Of a DNA stretch of 32,512 nucleotides, positions 26,157 through 32,512 are shown piece by piece (position 1 is the first letter of the stretch; every line of letters begins with the position of its first letter). The stretch lies in NCBI GenBank assembly GCA_041500865.1, contig JBGQMY010000011.1, positions 1-32,512 on the forward strand. The letters are read 5' to 3'. The DNA is from Candidatus Micrarchaeia archaeon. Lineage in GTDB: Archaea > Micrarchaeota > Micrarchaeia > Anstonellales > J096. Under the pieces are notes generated by a model. It was given only the letters and a program-made list of their open reading frames with translations. It had not been told where the DNA came from and ran no database searches. A program made the position numbers and the translations under genes.

Positions 26157-27727
26157 CATCACAGACGTATGAAACGGTCAACAAGGCATGGAAGCAGACA
26201 TGCAAGGTCATATTCGGGGAGGAAATAGGCGAGCTTAAGGAATATGAGGACTGGCTGTGGAAATACAACAAGTCCGAATGGGCAAAAAGGAAATCCGCGT
26301 CAGGGAAGGATGTTTATACTTCCATAAAGCATTATTGCGGCAAGGCAAGGTTCATGTCGCTGGATGATTTGGACTTTTCCAAAAAATACGCGCCGCTGGG
26401 CATAAACGAGATAAAGGACATTGATTCCATAGTTGAAGCCCTGCAGGAGAGGTTCGTCTACACCGGAAACATAGTGTTGGGCAACTCCAAGGACGTGGAT
26501 GGAAGCTCGGACATACACAACTCGTTCCATGTCCTGGACTGCAGCATCGCAAATGATTGCGAATACGTAGCATACAGCTATATTTCCAGGAATGCCAAAT
26601 ACATGTTCGGCTGCTCAACAACAGGCGCATCCCAGTTCATGATAGGGTGCCATAACAGCACGGCAAGCGCAAGGTGCCTTGACAGCTGGAGCGCATATTG
26701 CGCAGACCTGTATTTCTGCTTCAACTGCGACAACGTGCAGGACGCGATGTTCTCGTTTGGCTTAAAGAACAAAAGGAATGCGATAGGCAACCTAGAACTG
26801 CCGAGGGACAGGTATGCAGAGCTGAAAAAGAAGCTTGTCGCAGAGATGGCCGTTGATTTGAAGGGCCGCAAGTCCCTGCCGTCTTTGATAGACATGGTTT
26901 CTGGAGACGGCAGAAAGCCGGACATTGACCGGTCAATCTTCGATAATGCCGAAGAGGAACAGGACATGAAGCCCATGGAAGAGGCTTTCAGCGAAACAAC
27001 TGGCATAATACTGGGCAAGAGGCTTGTCGGGATTGACAAATATGGCAAGTGGCTGGGAAGGTATGCCACTCCGATAGAAATATTGAAATCCGCAATGACT
27101 GGAAGGAAGGTATACCACGGCTCCTTGTCCCCGCCGTATGCGCAATTCCCGAAAGACAGGCTGGTAAAGGAAAGGGAGTCCAGGAAGATCGCGGAAGCCA
27201 TGAGATTGGGGGAAGGAGAGATAAAATCCGTGAAAAGCATAATGGGCAGCATGTGGAAGATAGCATTCTTCACCACCGAGTTCAGAATCAAGGAAAATAG
27301 GAATCTCGTAGACGCTCCGGGAGGATACTCATGCGTAAACTGCTATAGGGGAATATATTGGGGAAATAATGAGAATGCGGCATTCTGCTCAGCGACCAGG
27401 GACTCGAAATACATGTTCGGGTGCAACGTCACGTTCTACTCAAGCTTCTGCATAAGAGGAAATTATTCCAGCAACCTCAGCAGGGTGCTGGAAGCAGACT
27501 GCTGCAGGGACTGCACGGATATATATTATTCGCACAACTGCGAAAACGTCCACGATTCCATGTTCTGCTTTAATGTGAAAAACCTGAGGAACGCGATTGG
27601 CAACGGCGTTCTGCCGCTTGAAAAATACAAGGCTGTTAAGAAATCGTTGCTTGAACAAATCGTCTCCGAACTGGAGAAGAAGAAAGACCTAAAATGGGAC
27701 ATCTACAACATCGGGTGCGCGAAATGA
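26153..27727 (+). CDS. Cys/Ser-rich bipartite repeat protein, paralog 4
   Basis: Start MTSQTYETVNKAW at the ATGA overlap (524 aa). Confidence 0.9.
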   Translation: MTSQTYETVNKAWKQTCKVIFGEEIGELKEYEDWLWKYNKSEWAKRKSASGKDVYTSIKHYCGKARFMSLDDLDFSKKYAPLGINEIKDIDSIVEALQERFVYTGNIVLGNSKDVDGSSDIHNSFHVLDCSIANDCEYVAYSYISRNAKYMFGCSTTGASQFMIGCHNSTASARCLDSWSAYCADLYFCFNCDNVQDAMFSFGLKNKRNAIGNLELPRDRYAELKKKLVAEMAVDLKGRKSLPSLIDMVSGDGRKPDIDRSIFDNAEEEQDMKPMEEAFSETTGIILGKRLVGIDKYGKWLGRYATPIEILKSAMTGRKVYHGSLSPPYAQFPKDRLVKERESRKIAEAMRLGEGEIKSVKSIMGSMWKIAFFTTEFRIKENRNLVDAPGGYSCVNCYRGIYWGNNENAAFCSATRDSKYMFGCNVTFYSSFCIRGNYSSNLSRVLEADCCRDCTDIYYSHNCENVHDSMFCFNVKNLRNAIGNGVLPLEKYKAVKKSLLEQIVSELEKKKDLKWDIYNIGCAK

Positions 27728-29304
27728 CATCTGAAACATATGAAACGCTCAACAAGGCATGGAAACAGACATGCAAAATCATATTCGGCGGGGAAGTCGG
27801 CGAGCTAAAGGACTATGAGGCTTGGCTTACGAAGGGCATGGAAAAGCCAAGGAAAAGCAAATCCGCATTGTCCGGGAAGGACGTCTATTCCGCAGTGCCA
27901 TATTACTGCAAGGACGCGCGGTTCATCTCATTTGACGAGATAGACTTTGGAAAAACGTTCGAGCCGCTTAACATAAACCAGGTCAAGGACATTGATTCTA
28001 TTGTTGAGGCGCTGCAGGAGCGGTTCGTTTACACCGGAAACGTCATACTCGGAAACTCCAAGGACATAGAGGGAAGCTCCAACGTGCAGAACTCGTCCCA
28101 CATCTTCGGCTCCACCTTTGCGTTCAACTGCGAATATAACGCATACTGCTATGGCATGACAAGGACCAACAAATACGCCTTCGGCATATTCATGGCAAGC
28201 GCATCCGAATTCATCATAAACGCATATGTCAGCGGAAGAAAGAGCTCAAGGTGCTTCGAGATATGGCACGTTACCGGAAGCAGCGACTGCTACTACTGCT
28301 TCAACTGCGACGGGATGCACGATGTGCTGTTTTCGTTCAACCAAAGGGGAAAAAAGAACATGATAGGCAACCTTGAGCTGCCCAGGGACAAGTATGCCGG
28401 ATTAAAGGCAAAGCTGCTGGCCGAGATGAGGGAAGGGCTTGTTGCGGAAAAGGGGCTGCCTTCGCTTATGGAGATTGTTTCCGGGAGCAAAAAAAGGCCG
28501 GAAATCCGGGAATCGAATGTCAAGGAAGAGGCCAAAACCGCTGATATGGGGGCAATTGAAAAGGCGTTCGGGGAGACTGCCAGAGTCGTTCTTGGCAAGG
28601 AGCTTCACGGCATCGATTCATATGGGGCATGGCTGATGAGGCATATCCCCAATATTGAAAAGGCCAAGTCGTTCCTTAGCGGCAAAACCATATACCGCGG
28701 GCTATTGGCGCCCCATTCGCTCCTTGCAACAGAAAGGCTGGTTACCGAAAAGGAGGCCTGGGCCATAGGCGGAAGCCTTAAGCTAGCCTCAAATGAAATA
28801 GTGTCCCTGGGCTCCATAAAGGAGAATATAGGAAAGATAGCGCTTTTAACTCCCGAACTAAGCGTCGGGGAGAACAGAAACACCCCAGAGGCAATGATAG
28901 TTGACAATTCCATCAATTGCTACAAGGGCATAATGATGTCGGCTGCGGAGAATGCGGGGTTCTGCTATTACCCGAGGGACTCAAAATACATGTTTGGGGA
29001 CCATACTGCGATAAACTCAAACTTCTGCATGAAAGGCAGCTATTCGTCCAACATCACAAGGGCGTTTGAGGTCGACAGCTGCACAGACTGCGCGGACATC
29101 TATTATGCGCACAACTGCGAGAACGTGCACGACTCCATGTTCTGCTTCAACGTCAAGAACGTGAGGAACGCGATTGGCAACGGGGCTTTGCCTTTGGAAA
29201 AATACAAGGCAGTCAAGAAATCCCTGCTTGAACAGATAGTCTCTGAGCTGGAGAAGAAGAAAACACTCAAATGGGACATCTACAACATAGGGTGCGCGGC
29301 ATGA
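27724..29304 (+). CDS. Cys/Ser-rich bipartite repeat protein, paralog 5
   Basis: Start MTSETYETLNKAW at the ATGA overlap (526 aa). Confidence 0.9.
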   Translation: MTSETYETLNKAWKQTCKIIFGGEVGELKDYEAWLTKGMEKPRKSKSALSGKDVYSAVPYYCKDARFISFDEIDFGKTFEPLNINQVKDIDSIVEALQERFVYTGNVILGNSKDIEGSSNVQNSSHIFGSTFAFNCEYNAYCYGMTRTNKYAFGIFMASASEFIINAYVSGRKSSRCFEIWHVTGSSDCYYCFNCDGMHDVLFSFNQRGKKNMIGNLELPRDKYAGLKAKLLAEMREGLVAEKGLPSLMEIVSGSKKRPEIRESNVKEEAKTADMGAIEKAFGETARVVLGKELHGIDSYGAWLMRHIPNIEKAKSFLSGKTIYRGLLAPHSLLATERLVTEKEAWAIGGSLKLASNEIVSLGSIKENIGKIALLTPELSVGENRNTPEAMIVDNSINCYKGIMMSAAENAGFCYYPRDSKYMFGDHTAINSNFCMKGSYSSNITRAFEVDSCTDCADIYYAHNCENVHDSMFCFNVKNVRNAIGNGALPLEKYKAVKKSLLEQIVSELEKKKTLKWDIYNIGCAA

Positions 29305-30884
29305 GGACAAACACTTACATGACCTTGGACAGGATGTGGAGGTCAACATGCAAAATCATGTTCGGCGAGGACGTTGGAGAGCTCAGCGACTACGCCGAAT
29401 GGCTGGCAAAGGACATCGTTTCCGTCAAGGCCCGCAAATCCGCGGTATCCGGAAAGGACGTCTATTTCGCGATAAAGGATTATTGCGACGATGCGAAATT
29501 CATGTCCATAGACGAAGTCAATTTCAGCAGAAGATACGGCATGCCGCTTGACATAAACGAGATAAAGGACATTGACTCCATAACCGAGGCATTCAAGGAG
29601 AGGTTCGCGTATGCCGGCAGCGTAATACTGATGAATTCCAGGGATGTTGAAGCAAGCTCCAATATCCAAAACTCATTCCATATCCTTGGCTCAACGTTCA
29701 TATACGACTCGGAATACATGGCTTATTGCACATACTCAAGGTATTCCAAAAGCCAGTTCGGGACAATCCACGACTCAAACTCATCCTTCCTTGTCAAGGC
29801 ATATGTCACTGACAAGGATGCAAGGTGCCTCGAAGTCATGAACACGCTAAGTTGCAGCGACTGCTGCTATAGCGTCGGGCTGGAAGGGGTCCAAAACGCC
29901 CTTTTCTGCTTCAACCTCAGAAGCAGGTACAACATGATAGGGAACCTGGAGCTTCCGAGGGACAAGTTCGCGGAACTAAGGACCAAGCTGCTTGCGGAGA
30001 TTAGGGACGAATTAAAACGCAACAAGAGCCTGCCGTCCATAGTCGAGCTGGCGTTGGGCTCCAAAAAGAAGCCAAAAATCCCGAAAATCGAATTCAATGA
30101 AAAGGAAGAGATTACGGACAAGGCGCCGGTGGAAAAGGCGTTCAGGGAAACAACGAAAATCGTGCTTGGGAAGGATCTTTCGGGGCTTGACGCATACGGC
30201 AAATGGCTCAGCCGCGGAATACCCGAAGTAAAGGCCGTTCCGTCCGCCGCGACAGGCAAGGCAGTATACCTGGCCAGGGTGATAGACCCGTATGAACAGT
30301 TCCCGAAAGACAGAATAGTCAGGTCAGGAGAATGCGCGGCCCTGGGCGAAGCCATGAATATGGATGAAAAGGACCTATCCTCCTTGGAAACCATAAGGGA
30401 AAACATAGGGAAGATAGCCCTTTTCACGCCTGAGCTGGAGATGGGTGATAACCGGAACCTGATAAGCACGCCCATGGCCAACTCATGCTCCAACTGCTAC
30501 AGCAACCCGGCGCTGTCAAACAACGAGTACTGCGCGTTCTCCCATTGGCCGCGCAACTCCAAATACATCTTCGGCTCCAACCTTGCGCTTTCGTCAAATT
30601 TCTGCATCAGGAGCAACTATTCCGCAAACCTCTCAAGGAGCTTTGAGGTTGACAGCTGCAGCGGCTGCTCCGACATATACTATTCGCACAACTGCGAGAA
30701 CGTCCACGACTCCATGTTCTGCTTCAACGTCAAGAACTTAAAAAATGCGATTGGCAATGCCGTATTAAAGCCGGAGTCATACAAGGAGATAAAGAAGTCC
30801 ATCCTGGAGCAAATCGTTTCCGAGCTGGAGAAGAAAAAGGACCTGGAATGGAGCATATACAATATAGCATGCGGGGGAAAATGA
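29301..30884 (+). CDS. Cys/Ser-rich bipartite repeat protein, paralog 6
   Basis: Start MRTNTYMTLDRMW at the ATGA overlap (527 aa); ends WSIYNIACGGK. Confidence 0.9.
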   Translation: MRTNTYMTLDRMWRSTCKIMFGEDVGELSDYAEWLAKDIVSVKARKSAVSGKDVYFAIKDYCDDAKFMSIDEVNFSRRYGMPLDINEIKDIDSITEAFKERFAYAGSVILMNSRDVEASSNIQNSFHILGSTFIYDSEYMAYCTYSRYSKSQFGTIHDSNSSFLVKAYVTDKDARCLEVMNTLSCSDCCYSVGLEGVQNALFCFNLRSRYNMIGNLELPRDKFAELRTKLLAEIRDELKRNKSLPSIVELALGSKKKPKIPKIEFNEKEEITDKAPVEKAFRETTKIVLGKDLSGLDAYGKWLSRGIPEVKAVPSAATGKAVYLARVIDPYEQFPKDRIVRSGECAALGEAMNMDEKDLSSLETIRENIGKIALFTPELEMGDNRNLISTPMANSCSNCYSNPALSNNEYCAFSHWPRNSKYIFGSNLALSSNFCIRSNYSANLSRSFEVDSCSGCSDIYYSHNCENVHDSMFCFNVKNLKNAIGNAVLKPESYKEIKKSILEQIVSELEKKKDLEWSIYNIACGGK

Positions 30885-30885
30885 G

Positions 30886-32391
30886 ATGGCATCAAGCCAG
30901 CTGTACGATATGCTGAACAAGGCATGGAAAACCACGTGCAAGGTGCTACTTGGCGAGGAGATAGGCGAGCTAAAGAGCTTTGAGGGCTGGCTGAAGCTGA
31001 ATGCTGAGGGCTTGACAGTAAGGAAGTCTGTTTCAGGCAGGGATATATACTCTGCAGTGCCGCACTACTGCAAAAAAGCGAAATTCGTTTCCTTTGACGA
31101 AATAGACTATGGAAAAAAATTCGAGCATCTGAACATAAATGAGATAAAGGATATAGATTCCATAGCCGAGGCGCTTCAGGGGCGTTTTGCATACACCGGA
31201 AACGTCATCTTGGGGAACTCGAAGGATGTGGAAGAAAGTTCGGATATCCAGAACTCGTTCCACGTGCTCGGCTCCAGCTTCGTGTACGACTCGGAATATG
31301 TGGCGCACTGCTCATACATGAGGGGCTGCAAGTACGCATTCGGCTCGGTCCAGGACGTGGAATCAAGCTTCGGCATAAGGTCAATCAACCCTTACAAGAA
31401 CTCGAGGTGCATGGAGGCATGGAGCTGCTTCGGCTGCAGCGACATATACTTCAGCTGCGGCATAGAGAACTCCCGCAACGTGCTCTTCTCGTTCAATGCC
31501 AAGAGCAGGCAAAACTTAATAGGGAACATCGCCCTGGAAAAGGAGAAATTCGCGGAACTGAAGGCAAAGCTGCTGGCCGAGATAGCGGCCGAGCTTAGGG
31601 CAAAAAAAGCCATGACGCCGCTCGTGGACATGCTCAAGGGCGACAAAAGGAGGCCCAAGCTCGGCAAAATCGACACCGCCGAGAGAAGCGACGAAGGCGA
31701 CAAGGCGCCGATAGAGAAGGCGTTCAGGGACACCACGAGGATAGTGCTCGGCAAGGAGCTGCAGGGCATGGACTCCTATGACAGCTGGATGATGAGATAT
31801 GTTCCGGACGTGGAAACCATCAAGTCGTCCGCGACCGGAAGGACGAGCCACCTTGGGCTCGTGAACCCGTATAAGTTCTTTCCGCGGGACAGGCTTGCGA
31901 AGGAGGGCGAAGCCAGGAAGCTCGGGGAAGAGCTGAAAATGGGAGAAAAGGACATTGTTTCGCTGAAAAGCGTGCTGGACAGCCTGTGGAAGATAGCGTT
32001 CTTCAGCTCGGAGGCCACAGTGGGGGAAATCAGGAATATAGTCGGAGGCATACCAATGGTTAACGCCTCGTCCAACTGCTACAGGAGCGCGCTGGTGTCG
32101 GTTGACGAATACTGCGCGTTCTCGTACTGGCCCCGCAACTCCAAATACATATTCGGCTCGGACGAGGCTTTCTTCTCAAGCTTCTGTATAAGGTCGTTCC
32201 ATTCCGAAAGGGCGACAAGGACCTTTGAGATAGACGGGTGCAGGGACTGCGCTGACCTCTATTATTCCCACAACTGCGAGAACGTCCACGATTCCATGTT
32301 TTGTTTTAACGTGAAAAATCTTAGGAACGCGATAGGAAACGGAGTTTTGCCCTTGGAGAAATACAAGGCTGGTGAACTCTCCCAGCACTAA
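30886..32391 (+). pseudogene. Cys/Ser-rich bipartite repeat protein, paralog 7, C-terminally truncated by IS insertion
   Basis: Homology to the other copies stops at ..LEKYKA (nt 32371); about 30 conserved residues are replaced by GELSQH* read from IS DNA; may still be expressed. Confidence 0.8.
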
Positions 32392-32512
32392 AGTGCTGGG
32401 CTTCTCTGCTGATGCGGGATAAACGACGGCATGAACATCTGGCGGCGCTCCTCACTGATGTCCATCGTCCTTGAAAGCTCTTCCGTCTCGTGGTTTTCGA
32501 TATAGTGCCTCA
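32372..32512 (-). mobile_element. IS200/IS605-family insertion sequence, right end (continues beyond window)
   Basis: Minus strand reads GAAGCCCAGCAC-TTTA-GTGCTGGGAGAGTTCAC|, the subterminal hairpin plus TTCAC end typical of IS200/IS605 right ends; the junction coincides with loss of paralog homology. Confidence 0.8.
32388..32512 (-). CDS. tnpA: IS200-type Y1 transposase TnpA, C-terminal fragment
   Basis: Minus frame gives RHYIENHETEELSRTMDISEERRQMFMPSFIPHQQRSPAL*; YIEN(H) resembles the catalytic-Tyr YIxxQ motif; the stop codon falls in the hairpin. Confidence 0.7.
   Translation of the reverse strand, partial: RHYIENHETEELSRTMDISEERRQMFMPSFIPHQQRSPAL

Noticed and set aside
21395..32391. Array as target of a diversity-generating retroelement
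   Set aside because: No reverse transcriptase in the window and no template/variable repeat pair differing only at adenines was seen; differences involve all bases and indels.
9097..32391. Functional link between the Suf genes and the Cys-rich array (Fe-S clients)
   Set aside because: About 9 kb of unrelated genes separate them; array cysteines alternate with Ser in a structural ladder and show no fixed ferredoxin-type motif.
32372..32420. TnpB/omega-RNA system using paralog DNA as guide
   Set aside because: The ORF abutting the right end looks like TnpA, not TnpB; no RuvC or zinc-finger tail is visible.

Overview
Archaeal chromosomal window; the split rpoB/rpoA, archaeal NusA, L30e and the divergent sequences suggest a DPANN-type lineage such as Micrarchaeota (inference). 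Positions 0.5-20.5 kb hold mostly housekeeping genes: the RNA polymerase operon (rpoH, B'', B', A', A'', rpl30e, nusA), a divergently arranged Suf/SMS Fe-S cluster with an Lrp/AsnC regulator, metG, a MEMO/AmrB protein, a beta-CASP nuclease, a YkgJ-like protein, tRNA-Ala(GGC) and tRNA-Gly(CCC). Interspersed among these is a dispersed ankyrin gene family sharing an identical 15-bp element 6 bp upstream of the ATG and a conserved Cys-containing C-terminal tail; one member is an 18-codon 'tail-only' gene missed by the ORF track. From 21.4 to 32.4 kb, just behind tRNA-Gly and a 26-bp duplication of its 3' end, lies a tandem, translationally coupled array of at least seven ~525-aa paralogs. Each paralog has two Cys/Ser-rich 6/12-residue repeat (probably beta-solenoid) modules with a fixed scaffold and variable positions, and the gene junctions are nearly identical at the DNA level. 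The seventh copy is interrupted by an IS200/IS605-family element whose right-end hairpin and tnpA C-terminus run off the window edge. The paralog array and the ankyrin cassette family are the best candidates for undescribed systems.
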